From positions 52,919 to 116,918 of the forward strand of contig JACQBQ010000024.1 in the NCBI GenBank assembly GCA_016201905.1: a DNA stretch of 64,000 bases, written 5' to 3'. The stretch is from Candidatus Melainabacteria bacterium (GTDB taxonomy: Bacteria; Cyanobacteriota; Vampirovibrionia; 2-02-FULL-35-15). The notes beneath the pieces are model-generated. The model was given only the letters and a program-made list of their open reading frames with translations, did not search any database and had not been told where the DNA came from. Within the stretch, counting starts at the first letter, position 1; each line of letters starts with the position of its first letter. Both the position numbers and the translations under genes were made by a program. Shown piece by piece: positions 8,488 to 17,637 of this stretch.

Positions 8488-10059
8488 ATGTCGTTTTTTA
8501 ATAAAGAAAAAATAATAACTTCAATTCCAGTAAAAATCAAGGATGCAACACGGCTTGTAATTGCATTTCCAAACACTTATACAGTTGGCATGGCTAGTCT
8601 TGGTTACCAAAATGCCTGGAAACTATTTAATCAGAGTGAGAACATAGAAGTAACTAGATGGTTTACAGATATTCAAGAACAACAAAATAATACGCGTAGG
8701 CGGGGACGCGCATCCTCGCCTACGGATTATGTGGGCTTTTCTTTTAGCTGGGAGTTAGACTATAAAAATATTTTTTCAATGCTGGAAAAGAACAATATTC
8801 CGCTTCATGCTAAGGATAGAAGTGAAGATGATCCAATTGTATTTTGTGGTGGGCAGGTTCCAAATGCAAATCCTGAGCCATTTTGTGAAAACTTTGACTT
8901 TTTTCTAATCGGTGACCTTGAGGTTTTAGCTGATCAATTGGCAAGAAAAATAATTGAGGTTGAAAGTCTAAAGCGAGATGAAAAAATTAATGAACTATCA
9001 AAATTAGAAGGCGTTTACGTACCACATCACAGAGGTACATTTAAAAAACCAATTACAAAAAATGATTTATCCTATTCATCTATTCTTACCCCAAATAGTG
9101 TTTGGCCTAATATATTTTTATTAGAGGTGGCTAGAAGCTGTCCTGAGCTTTGCAGGTTTTGCCTTGCAAGTTATGGTTCTCTTCCATTTCGTACACCAGA
9201 TGTAAAAAAAAGCTTAATACCAGCAATTGATCTGGGATTAAAACATACAAATAAAATTGGTTTGCTTGGGGCTTCAGTTACACAACATCCACAATTTGAG
9301 GAATTGATAGATTATTTATTAATCAGAAATAGCGAGGTAACCTCGCCACTACAGGTACAAATTGCATCTGTTCGTGCAGACACTATTTCAAAAAATATTG
9401 CAGAAGGATTGTACAAGCTTGGAAGTAAGTCACTGACCATGGCTGTTGAAACAGGTTCTGAGAGACTGCGTGACATAATAAACAAAAAAGTAAGCAATGA
9501 AACTATATTTAACTCAATTCAAACTATTTATAATGCTGGTTTTAATTCAATTAAACTTTATGGCATGGTGGGATTGCCATATGAGACGAAGGATGATTTA
9601 AATAAAACTGTTGAGTTCCTAAAACAAATCAAACTAAACAATAAAACTAAAAAGCTTGTGTGGGGATGCTCAGTTTTTGTACCAAAAGCACAGACACCGT
9701 TTCAGTGGTTTGGGGTCGATAAAAATGCACCCCATAAATTAAAGTCTCTAAGTAAAGAACTTCATCAAATAGGAATTGATTTTAGACCTGAAAGCTACCG
9801 TTGGACAACTATACAGGCACTTATATCAAGAGGAGATAAAAGTATAAATAAGATTCTGGAAGATGCATACAGATATGGAAATACACTTGGCAGTTTTAAC
9901 AAAGCAATAAAAGAAAATAAAGCCGAGATTGACTCAAACCACTTTATTTTTCAAAATTGGGATACAAAGATAAAACTTCCGTGGGAAAATGTACAAGGGT
10001 ATTTAAATAAAGAAACAGTAAAAGAGCACGCAAAGAAAGTTTCTATCGTAAATGTTTGA
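8488..10059 (+). CDS. Radical SAM domain protein
   Basis: 523 aa. The CPELCRFC motif (CxxxCxxC) sits in a TIM-barrel-like region. Subfamily not assigned. Confidence 0.75.
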   Translation: MSFFNKEKIITSIPVKIKDATRLVIAFPNTYTVGMASLGYQNAWKLFNQSENIEVTRWFTDIQEQQNNTRRRGRASSPTDYVGFSFSWELDYKNIFSMLEKNNIPLHAKDRSEDDPIVFCGGQVPNANPEPFCENFDFFLIGDLEVLADQLARKIIEVESLKRDEKINELSKLEGVYVPHHRGTFKKPITKNDLSYSSILTPNSVWPNIFLLEVARSCPELCRFCLASYGSLPFRTPDVKKSLIPAIDLGLKHTNKIGLLGASVTQHPQFEELIDYLLIRNSEVTSPLQVQIASVRADTISKNIAEGLYKLGSKSLTMAVETGSERLRDIINKKVSNETIFNSIQTIYNAGFNSIKLYGMVGLPYETKDDLNKTVEFLKQIKLNNKTKKLVWGCSVFVPKAQTPFQWFGVDKNAPHKLKSLSKELHQIGIDFRPESYRWTTIQALISRGDKSINKILEDAYRYGNTLGSFNKAIKENKAEIDSNHFIFQNWDTKIKLPWENVQGYLNKETVKEHAKKVSIVNV

Positions 10060-11539
10060 TCAATTAACAGAAAAATTCCAAGAAATCTTTAAGAGTCTTC
10101 GTGGCAAGTCTGTTATTAACGAAGAAAATATTGAAGCTAGTATCCTTGAGGTAAAAAGAGCGTTAATTGACGCTGATGTTAGTTTAAAAGCAATTAAAAC
10201 CTTTACAAACAAAGTACGTGAAAAAGCAATTGGTGAAGCAATTATAAAAGGTATAACACCAGCTCAGCAGTTTATAAAAATAATAAACGATGAACTCGTT
10301 GCTCTTCTTGGCGGTAAAGACGTTGCAGTGCAACGTCTCAACATTGAGGAAAAATCTAAACCAAGTATTATCCTAATGCTTGGTTTACAGGGAGCTGGAA
10401 AAACCACTACCTGTGCAAAACTTGCAAGCCTTTTAAAAAAGAAAGGCAGAAATCCACTGCTTGTAGCATTGGATTTAAAAAGGCCAGCTGCAATAGAACA
10501 ATTGAAGATACTGGGTGAACAAATTGGTGTGTTGGTATATGGCATCTCAGAAGATGTAAGGGCTTACCATGGTAAGCCCCGACAGATAGCGCAAGACGCC
10601 ATTAACTACGCAAAACAAAATAATCACGACGTTGTGATCTTAGACAGTGCCGGCAGATTGCAAATTGATACTGAACTTATGGCAGAGCTATTATTAATCG
10701 ACAGAACTATACAGCCAACTGAAAAGCTTCTTGTAGTTGACTCAATGATTGGACAGGAAGCAGCAAATGTAGGAGCAGCATTTAATACACAGATCGGGGT
10801 TACAGGTATTGTCTTAACTAAGTTAGATGGTGATGCTCGTGGCGGAGCTGCTCTTTCTATCGTAGAAGAAATTCAAAAACCAATAAAACTTATTGGCACT
10901 GGAGAAAAGATTGACGACTTTCAGGAATTTTACCCGGAGCGCATGGCAAGCAGAATACTTGGCATGGGTGATGTCTTAACATTGGTAGAAAAAGCACAGG
11001 AAAAAATCCAGGAAGATGTAGCTGCGTTTCATGAAACGCAGCTACGAGGCGACTTTAATTTCGAAACTTTTCTGCAAGCACAAAACATGATGGGAAAATT
11101 AGGTAGCTTCTCAGGAGTATTTAACATGATGGGAATGGGAGGCATGCTTAACCAGCTTGGAATAAACATGAATAAAGAAACCCAGGAAAAAATGCTTTCT
11201 GAGAATGAAGTTAAAACAAAAAAACAAAAAGCCATGATTCAAAGCATGACAGGGAAAGAAAGAAGAAATCCAAATATTTTAACCCCAGCAAGAAATAGGA
11301 GAATTGCACATGGGTCTGGTCATAAAGAAAAAGATGTAGAAAAGCTAATAAGTGAGTTTAAGCAGATGAAAAAATTAATGGACCAATTAAAACCTTTTAT
11401 GCAAATGTTTCAGGGTAAAAACATGTCTCAGGACATGTTGAAAAACATGATGCCAGGCTCAATTGGAAAAATGCAAAACCCTTTTATGAATCCGCAAAGC
11501 AACATGTTAAAAGGTTTTAAGCCAAAGAAGCAAAAGTAA
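10052..11539 (+). CDS. ffh: Signal recognition particle protein Ffh
   Basis: 495 aa. GLQGAGKTTTCAKLA P-loop, DSAGR, TKLDGDARGGAALS and a Met-rich M domain at the C terminus. Overlaps the upstream gene by 8 nt. Confidence 0.95.
   Translation: MFDQLTEKFQEIFKSLRGKSVINEENIEASILEVKRALIDADVSLKAIKTFTNKVREKAIGEAIIKGITPAQQFIKIINDELVALLGGKDVAVQRLNIEEKSKPSIILMLGLQGAGKTTTCAKLASLLKKKGRNPLLVALDLKRPAAIEQLKILGEQIGVLVYGISEDVRAYHGKPRQIAQDAINYAKQNNHDVVILDSAGRLQIDTELMAELLLIDRTIQPTEKLLVVDSMIGQEAANVGAAFNTQIGVTGIVLTKLDGDARGGAALSIVEEIQKPIKLIGTGEKIDDFQEFYPERMASRILGMGDVLTLVEKAQEKIQEDVAAFHETQLRGDFNFETFLQAQNMMGKLGSFSGVFNMMGMGGMLNQLGINMNKETQEKMLSENEVKTKKQKAMIQSMTGKERRNPNILTPARNRRIAHGSGHKEKDVEKLISEFKQMKKLMDQLKPFMQMFQGKNMSQDMLKNMMPGSIGKMQNPFMNPQSNMLKGFKPKKQK
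10556..10580. repeat. 25-nt palindrome-containing segment GTAAGGGCTTACCATGGTAAGCCCC inside ffh, encoding VRAYHGKP
   Basis: The identical 25-mer recurs at 14380-14404 in an unrelated gene in the same reading frame. Its core GGGCTTACCATGGTAAGCCC is a perfect 20-bp palindrome. Confidence 0.8.
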
Positions 11540-11669
11540 TCTTTAACCATTTATCATAATCTAGATTAAGAAAAATATTAAATCTTTCTAATGAAGGTGC
11601 TTTCATCTGGTTAATTTTGTTAGGATAAAAATATAACAACAAATTATTTTATTTAAGGACTTAAATATT

Positions 11670-12533
11670 ATGCAAATACTACCAGCAAATCTCCCACTTT
11701 CATACCATAGAGCTATAGAGCCTTACTTTGACAATAACTTATTAAATCTCTTAAAGCGTGCCTCAAGAGATGAAATAAACATCATGAAAAGAAGGCTTAA
11801 TTTTGGAGGAAAAAAGGCAGAAGTAGAATTTATATTTAAAGGAAAAAACTTAGACGATGTTCGTTCTCCTATACCAATTCCTCGCCTGGTACGCGACAAG
11901 TTAATTGGTTCAATTGTAGATAGTGGCTGGAGATCATTTTTAGATGGGACTTCTGGAAATGTGTCGCTATTTAGCAATCACGTAAGATTACACGGTAACA
12001 ACAATCTTGCAATAAACTCAACAAATATAAAAACCACAGGTGATAATTCAAAGTTTATTAACTCTCATGATATAGAAGCTCCTAAAAGTAGTAACTCGAT
12101 TTTTTGTGACTCAGGTGGTGAAGAAGTTAACGGCAGATTAGTTAAGACTTCTGTCATTGCTTGTCCTGCTTCACTAGTCTTTCAAACAAGAATTCTAAAA
12201 GCAGTAAACTCTCCACACTTAAGAGCAAGTGATTGTGAAAGTGTGCATTCAATTCGAGGTGGAAACAATGTTCTTGAACATGTACAAGGATCAGTATTAG
12301 AAGGATGCACCAACACTACCCTTGATCATTGTGAAAGTGTTAAAGCTACAAATTGTAAAAAGGTGGTTATAAAAAATACTAATGGTAATGCTCTATTGGA
12401 TACCTTTTCAGGATTGAAAAAGGTTACAGTAGAAAATGGAGAGACGCTAACAAGGTGGGTTAGATTCATGCGATTGTTTGGAAGTAAAACAACAAATTGT
12501 TCTAATCCAAAGCCTCCAGAACAAACTCCATAA
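11670..12533 (+). CDS. Hypothetical protein (Asn/Ser/Gly-rich)
   Basis: 287-aa ORF with no recognisable motif. Coding-like periodicity. Confidence 0.4.
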   Translation: MQILPANLPLSYHRAIEPYFDNNLLNLLKRASRDEINIMKRRLNFGGKKAEVEFIFKGKNLDDVRSPIPIPRLVRDKLIGSIVDSGWRSFLDGTSGNVSLFSNHVRLHGNNNLAINSTNIKTTGDNSKFINSHDIEAPKSSNSIFCDSGGEEVNGRLVKTSVIACPASLVFQTRILKAVNSPHLRASDCESVHSIRGGNNVLEHVQGSVLEGCTNTTLDHCESVKATNCKKVVIKNTNGNALLDTFSGLKKVTVENGETLTRWVRFMRLFGSKTTNCSNPKPPEQTP

Positions 12534-12558
12534 TTATTATTTTCTAATATAATCTAAA

Positions 12559-13104
12559 ATGCGCATAAGACAAAAAACAGAAGTTAGACCTGAAGAAACT
12601 TTATTTAAACTTTCTGACTTTACACCAAGCACAAGAACAAATAACAAAAAAATATTTAAGAGTGTAATTGAAAAAGCTTATGGAGGAGCCATAAGAACAC
12701 TATCAGGCAAAAAAAACTATAAGCCTCTTAGAGAATTTGTCAGCCATTTTGGAGTACTTGCTGAAAAAAATATTATTTTTGAAAGCCTTATTACAGAACC
12801 CATAAATGTTCAGCTAGAAGCACTAAAAAAAGTTTATGAATGTCTTGCAATGGGACATTTAAGACTAGCCTTAATAGAAAAAAATCTAAGTGAAACACTA
12901 GACTATCATGGTCAAAAATCCAGATATTATAATTCAATTTTTAGAACTTTAATTGAAATTTCAAAAGAAGGTATTAAAAAAGAATCTACAGAAGGACATT
13001 CAGTAGCACTTGCACTATGGAGAGCCAGAAAAGCTGCACTTGAAAAAAATCCTCTGCCAATGTCAAATAGTCAACCAACATTGTTCGATCAAATTCGAGA
13101 CTAA
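12559..13104 (+). CDS. Hypothetical protein
   Basis: 181-aa ORF with no recognisable motif. Confidence 0.4.
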   Translation: MRIRQKTEVRPEETLFKLSDFTPSTRTNNKKIFKSVIEKAYGGAIRTLSGKKNYKPLREFVSHFGVLAEKNIIFESLITEPINVQLEALKKVYECLAMGHLRLALIEKNLSETLDYHGQKSRYYNSIFRTLIEISKEGIKKESTEGHSVALALWRARKAALEKNPLPMSNSQPTLFDQIRD

Positions 13105-13110
13105 AGGTAA

Positions 13111-13803
13111 CTAGTCCGGTGCCATACTGGCAAACCTTTTAGTAATCACCTGCGGTCTTGTAATTGCAGTGCCTATTACCACAGCATATGCACCAATTTC
13201 AAAAGCCTTTTTAACATCCTGCGGTTCCCAGATCCTTCCTTCCATGATTACCGGAGCTAGCGATTCTTCTGTAAGTTCAGCCAATAAATTAAAATCAGGA
13301 CCTGTGTTTATTTTATATCTGGTATCTTTTGTATAACCACTAAGCGTTGTAGAAATAATATCTGCACCAAGCTTACAAGCATTTATTCCATCTTCAAAAG
13401 TCGCAATATCGCAAATGACGATCTTGCCTTCGTTTTTTACAAGGCTAATCTGGTCTTTAAGTGTTGAACTGTCTTCACGAGGCCTATCTGTACCGTCAAT
13501 AGCAATAAAATCAATTCCAATTTTAAGTAATTCTTTTAAATCTTTCATGGTCGCTGTTATATAAACCTTATCAAGCCAGTTAATAGGTGTGGGTTCAAGT
13601 TTTGTTAGACCTACTACCGGCACAGAAACATTTTTTTTAATATAATTTATATTTTTAACACCACAAAGCCTTAAACCGCCAGCGCCACCATTGATTACTG
13701 ACTGACTAATTGCAAGCAGATGCTCTGATGTATTTAGTGGCTCATTGCCTTCAGCTTGAACAGAAACAATGATTTTATTTTCTAATTTGTTTATCTCGCT
13801 CAT
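13111..13803 (-). CDS. nanE: Putative N-acylglucosamine/N-acetylmannosamine-6-phosphate 2-epimerase
   Basis: 230 aa. The TIM-barrel pattern, with IAIDGTDRPR and GADIISTTLSGYT, matches the NanE family. Confidence 0.75.
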   Translation of the reverse strand: MSEINKLENKIIVSVQAEGNEPLNTSEHLLAISQSVINGGAGGLRLCGVKNINYIKKNVSVPVVGLTKLEPTPINWLDKVYITATMKDLKELLKIGIDFIAIDGTDRPREDSSTLKDQISLVKNEGKIVICDIATFEDGINACKLGADIISTTLSGYTKDTRYKINTGPDFNLLAELTEESLAPVIMEGRIWEPQDVKKAFEIGAYAVVIGTAITRPQVITKRFASMAPD

Positions 13804-13875
13804 TTTATATGCAACAGAATAGCAGAATATGGTATAAAAAACATGTTCTAGTCTTATGTTTTTATAAATAAAAAT

Positions 13876-14607
13876 ATGGAAATTTTTACAGGAAAAAACA
13901 AGGAACTTAGCGATAAAAAAGCCTTTGAAATTATTAAAACCCAGGTTTTAAAAAAACCTGATTCACTAATCGGCATTGCAGTCGGTAAAACTACTGACGG
14001 ATTATATAAATTAATCTCCAAAGACGCAGTCAAATCCACAAAAAAGTGGAGAAAGATAAAGCTTTTTCAAATTGATGAAAATCTTGGAGCTCATCCAAGC
14101 TCACCGGTTAGCTTTAACTTTGAAATTAGAAAAGAATTAAAACAGTTATTAAATATTCTAAATTCAAAAAATATATTCTTAATGGATGGTACAGAGAAAC
14201 CCAAAAAAACAATTAAAGAAGCCTACAAATTTATAAAATCAAATGGTGGTATAGATTTAATCATTCTTGGAATTGGTCCAGAATATGATCCCCATGTTGC
14301 TTACAACACCACTGGTAAATCAGCACTAAATTCAAGGATGAGAGTAGTGGATCTTCATCCAAAAGTAATAGAAAAACTGGTAAGGGCTTACCATGGTAAG
14401 CCCCAACGGAAAATAAAAGGCATTACTCTTGGCATTAAAGATATCCTTGAAACAAAAAAAGCGCTACTAATTGCTTATGGAAAAGAAAAGGCAAAATCAT
14501 TTAAGCTTATTCTAAAGAAAAAAGTAAATATGAAAAAAGGATCAGTTACGGCACTTCTGTTACATAAGAATCTTGAAATTGTAGTTGATAAGGATGTAGT
14601 AAAATAG
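13876..14607 (+). CDS. Glucosamine-6-phosphate deaminase / 6-phosphogluconolactonase family protein (NagB-like)
   Basis: 243 aa. IGIAVGKTTDGLY...FQIDENLG...GIDLIILGIGPEYDPHVAYN pattern typical of the NagB/Pgl superfamily. Divergent from nanE. Confidence 0.7.
   Translation: MEIFTGKNKELSDKKAFEIIKTQVLKKPDSLIGIAVGKTTDGLYKLISKDAVKSTKKWRKIKLFQIDENLGAHPSSPVSFNFEIRKELKQLLNILNSKNIFLMDGTEKPKKTIKEAYKFIKSNGGIDLIILGIGPEYDPHVAYNTTGKSALNSRMRVVDLHPKVIEKLVRAYHGKPQRKIKGITLGIKDILETKKALLIAYGKEKAKSFKLILKKKVNMKKGSVTALLLHKNLEIVVDKDVVK
14380..14404. repeat. Second copy of the 25-nt segment GTAAGGGCTTACCATGGTAAGCCCC, inside the nagB-like gene, encoding VRAYHGKP
   Basis: Exact 25/25 identity with 10556-10580, in the same frame. 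Confidence 0.8.
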
Positions 14608-14642
14608 TCTTATATAAACTTAAAAACGGAGATTAATAAAAA

Positions 14643-17267
14643 ATGAGAGTTGCTTTATCACTTCCAATAATTTCTAAATCACCACAACCAGTTGTATATG
14701 ACCCACGAAAAAGTCTGGATGGTTATCCAAATACACCTGAGGATAAAAACTTTGTTTTAAAAGTAAAAAATGCCCGTCCAAAGCTTTTAAGTGAAACAAG
14801 TTATGCCAAAACTATAAATAAACCACTAACAGCAACAGAAAAAATCTGGTATAGTCACCTTGAAGCTGGAAACCCTGCTAAAAAAGGTTCAATTATTTAC
14901 TTGAAGCCTGATCTTTTGCTTATACAAGATGCCACTGGAAAGCTCTTACTACTACAAGCTGAGCTTTTGTTTACCTTGCTTGGAAAAGAACAAACAGAAA
15001 TTTTAACTACCTTATACTATGACCACAATATAAAAGTAGACTATGGAATAGAACAGGCAATTATTGAAGACAAAGAAGGAATAAAATTTTTAGGAACAAG
15101 TTCAAGTAAAAGAGGAATTATTTTCTCACTTCCTGGAAATGGGATTTGCCACAGAGTAAGCGATGAGTACTTTGATCTTCCTGGAGGTGTTTTATTTGGC
15201 TCTGATTCTCACACACCAACAGGCGGTGGAATGGGAATGTTTGCCATTGGCAAAGGTGGCTGGAGCATTGCCAAGTCTCTTGCAGCTGGACTACCCATGC
15301 CAATTGATAGAAATCCTATTATTGGTGTTCATCTAAAAGGCTCATTGCCAGATGGAACTGAGCCTAAGCAAATTGTTCAGCTTTTAAATAGAGACATAAT
15401 AAGACTTTTTGGAAATGAAGGAAATGGAAGTTATATAGAGTTTTTTGGTGAAGGTGTTAAGTCTGTATCAGTGGTAGGCAGAAGTTCTATTACAAACTCA
15501 CTTGTCGATGGTGGCATGGGAACAGGCTTATTCCCGCCAGATGAGCTTGTAGCAAAATATTTAGAGTCAAGAAACAGAGCAGATCTGGCAGGCTGGGTAA
15601 GAGCTAACTTAAAAGATTTAAATCCTGATCCTGAGGTATTAAAAGATCCTGAGAAATATTTTGATAAGTTACTCGTATATGATTTATCACAGGAATTACA
15701 TCCAGCACTTGCTATGCCAGGTAATCCAAAAAATGTTTTTTATTTGGATGAGATTCCAAATGTAATCAAATTTATAAACGAAGAAGTTCTTGCTCACTAT
15801 CAGGATTTTTTAACTAACGGCAAGGTAGATAAAGCAAAGATTAAATCGTTTGTAGAGGCGCACCATGGTGTGCTTCTACTACGGGCAACACCAATAGAAA
15901 CCTTGGTAAACCTGGCAGTACAAGAAATTGATGTTAAAAAAGTTTATGACAAAAGAAAACTAAGTTTAGAAGTCTCATCAGGAAGTATTGGCAGCTGCAC
16001 ACATTCAGGGAAAGATGATATAGAAGCAGCTCTCTGGGCAAATATTCAGCTTGCTAAAAGTAAAATAAATAGAGCCTCGTCAGTACCTGTAAGCGTAACC
16101 TATGGCTCGCGTGACGGCTGGCTTTCTGTTCAGTCAAATAAAACTATGCAGGATTTTATAAAAGAAGGACATCTGGTTTTACTTGATAGCGCTTGTGGAC
16201 CGTGTATCGGTATGGGATTTACTCCTCAGGTTGACACTGCAGCAGTTAGATCTTTTAATAGAAACTTTTTCGGACGAGCTGGCACAAAAGAAAAAATTGA
16301 CCAGGTTTACTTAGCAAGTCCAGCAGTTACTGTTTATCTTGCAGCATGCGGGAGACTTGACTCATATGACCCGAAAACCAGATCGTTTATTGCAAAAGAT
16401 GATTCTGATAAAGAAATAAGAATCCTTCTTGCAAATCCAAAAAGCGAGGCTGAACTAAAACCCATTGTCTCAAATGATTTTAATAATCCAGATGGAGAGA
16501 GGGCTGCATTTATTTTGCCAGCTCCAAAAGACAAAGCAAAAGAAATAAATGTTCTCTATGATGGAAATACTATTAGTTCACTTCCTTCTGACATGTACGA
16601 TATTCCAGGCGAGAAGTTTGAGAACTTTCCAGTCTTAATCGCACTTGGAGACAACGTTACCACAGATGATCTATCTGCAGCAGGATTAAAATATATTCCA
16701 AAGCGTGGAAACTTACTTGAACTTGAACTTGGATTTTTTGAAAGCAAGGCATCTCAGGAAAAAAGAGATCCTCAGTTTTACTACAACCTGGCTAAAGAAT
16801 ATAAAACAAATCCAAAATACAGCGGCTCAGTAATGATAGGAGGTAAGCTTTTTGGTTCAGGCAGTTCACGTGAAGCAGCAGCATTTATACCTAGACATCT
16901 TCGAACAAAAGTAGCAATAGCAGAAAGTTTTGCACCAATACACAGGGAAAATGCCATCGAACAAGGGCTTTTTTATCTTACCTTTAAAGACCCAACTGAC
17001 AGAACAAAACTAGATCGCGAAGACTTAATTTCAATTTATGGTTTAGATAAATTAGACCCGGATAAGAGAGACATTGAGGTAAAAGTTAAAAAGAAAGATG
17101 AGAAAGAATTTTCTATAGTCTGTGAACATGTTCTAGATACACCTTACAAGATAGAAATATTTAGAGCAGGATCAGAGCCAAATCTGTTTAAACAGATTTT
17201 AATTGATAAGTTTAAAGGTAATGTTTCAGAGTTTATGAAATGGTTTAGTGAAAAAAATAGGTTATAA
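14643..17267 (+). CDS. acn: Aconitate hydratase (aconitase A / mitochondrial-type domain order)
   Basis: 874 aa. IQDATG, GICHRVSDEY, GSDSHT, IGSCTHS, ACGPCIGMG and the C-terminal GSGSSRE swivel-domain motifs are all present. Confidence 0.88.
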   Translation: MRVALSLPIISKSPQPVVYDPRKSLDGYPNTPEDKNFVLKVKNARPKLLSETSYAKTINKPLTATEKIWYSHLEAGNPAKKGSIIYLKPDLLLIQDATGKLLLLQAELLFTLLGKEQTEILTTLYYDHNIKVDYGIEQAIIEDKEGIKFLGTSSSKRGIIFSLPGNGICHRVSDEYFDLPGGVLFGSDSHTPTGGGMGMFAIGKGGWSIAKSLAAGLPMPIDRNPIIGVHLKGSLPDGTEPKQIVQLLNRDIIRLFGNEGNGSYIEFFGEGVKSVSVVGRSSITNSLVDGGMGTGLFPPDELVAKYLESRNRADLAGWVRANLKDLNPDPEVLKDPEKYFDKLLVYDLSQELHPALAMPGNPKNVFYLDEIPNVIKFINEEVLAHYQDFLTNGKVDKAKIKSFVEAHHGVLLLRATPIETLVNLAVQEIDVKKVYDKRKLSLEVSSGSIGSCTHSGKDDIEAALWANIQLAKSKINRASSVPVSVTYGSRDGWLSVQSNKTMQDFIKEGHLVLLDSACGPCIGMGFTPQVDTAAVRSFNRNFFGRAGTKEKIDQVYLASPAVTVYLAACGRLDSYDPKTRSFIAKDDSDKEIRILLANPKSEAELKPIVSNDFNNPDGERAAFILPAPKDKAKEINVLYDGNTISSLPSDMYDIPGEKFENFPVLIALGDNVTTDDLSAAGLKYIPKRGNLLELELGFFESKASQEKRDPQFYYNLAKEYKTNPKYSGSVMIGGKLFGSGSSREAAAFIPRHLRTKVAIAESFAPIHRENAIEQGLFYLTFKDPTDRTKLDREDLISIYGLDKLDPDKRDIEVKVKKKDEKEFSIVCEHVLDTPYKIEIFRAGSEPNLFKQILIDKFKGNVSEFMKWFSEKNRL
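15852..15879. repeat. Imperfect 28-nt CCATGG-centred palindrome GTAGAGGCGCACCATGGTGTGCTTCTAC inside the aconitase gene, encoding EAHHGVLLL
   Basis: Outer arms gtaga/tctac and core caccatggtg are palindromic, with 2 mismatches. It has the same CCATGG-centred architecture and x-A-(Y/H)-H-G coding as the 25-mer. Confidence 0.4.
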
Positions 17268-17286
17268 ATAAGAAGGAGGAACAGAA

Positions 17287-17613
17287 ATGAAACTTTCAGG
17301 AGTAACACTAGCAACAGGTACAAGTGCATTAGCTATTGCGATTAATTATGACCACACGCTTCCAGTGCCAAAAGTTCGTTTAGATACATGTAAAGAAGAA
17401 TGCGATTTTGACAATATCATAATTCTCGGCACAAATCGACATAGACCAGATCGTAGCTTTCACACCATTGCTCAAATCCATGACGACCAAGTAAAACCAG
17501 TTAAGCAAGTTCCTGAAAATGCATTTTTTAAATTAAACCCCTGCTTTCTTAAAGAACAAAAGGGGCCACCATCTTTTTCAGCATACATTGAAGGAATGCC
17601 ACACGTAGATTAA
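17287..17613 (+). CDS. Hypothetical small protein
   Basis: 108-aa ORF preceded by a strong SD (AAGGAGGA, 7 nt upstream of the ATG), immediately downstream of acn. Confidence 0.5.
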   Translation: MKLSGVTLATGTSALAIAINYDHTLPVPKVRLDTCKEECDFDNIIILGTNRHRPDRSFHTIAQIHDDQVKPVKQVPENAFFKLNPCFLKEQKGPPSFSAYIEGMPHVD

Positions 17614-17637
17614 TTATTTTTTAATTTTTTATATCTA

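Noticed and set aside
10556-10580. Interpreting GGTAAG within the 25-mer as a eukaryotic-type 5' splice site or intron
   Set aside because: There is no evidence for introns. The segment is translated in frame in two bacterial genes.
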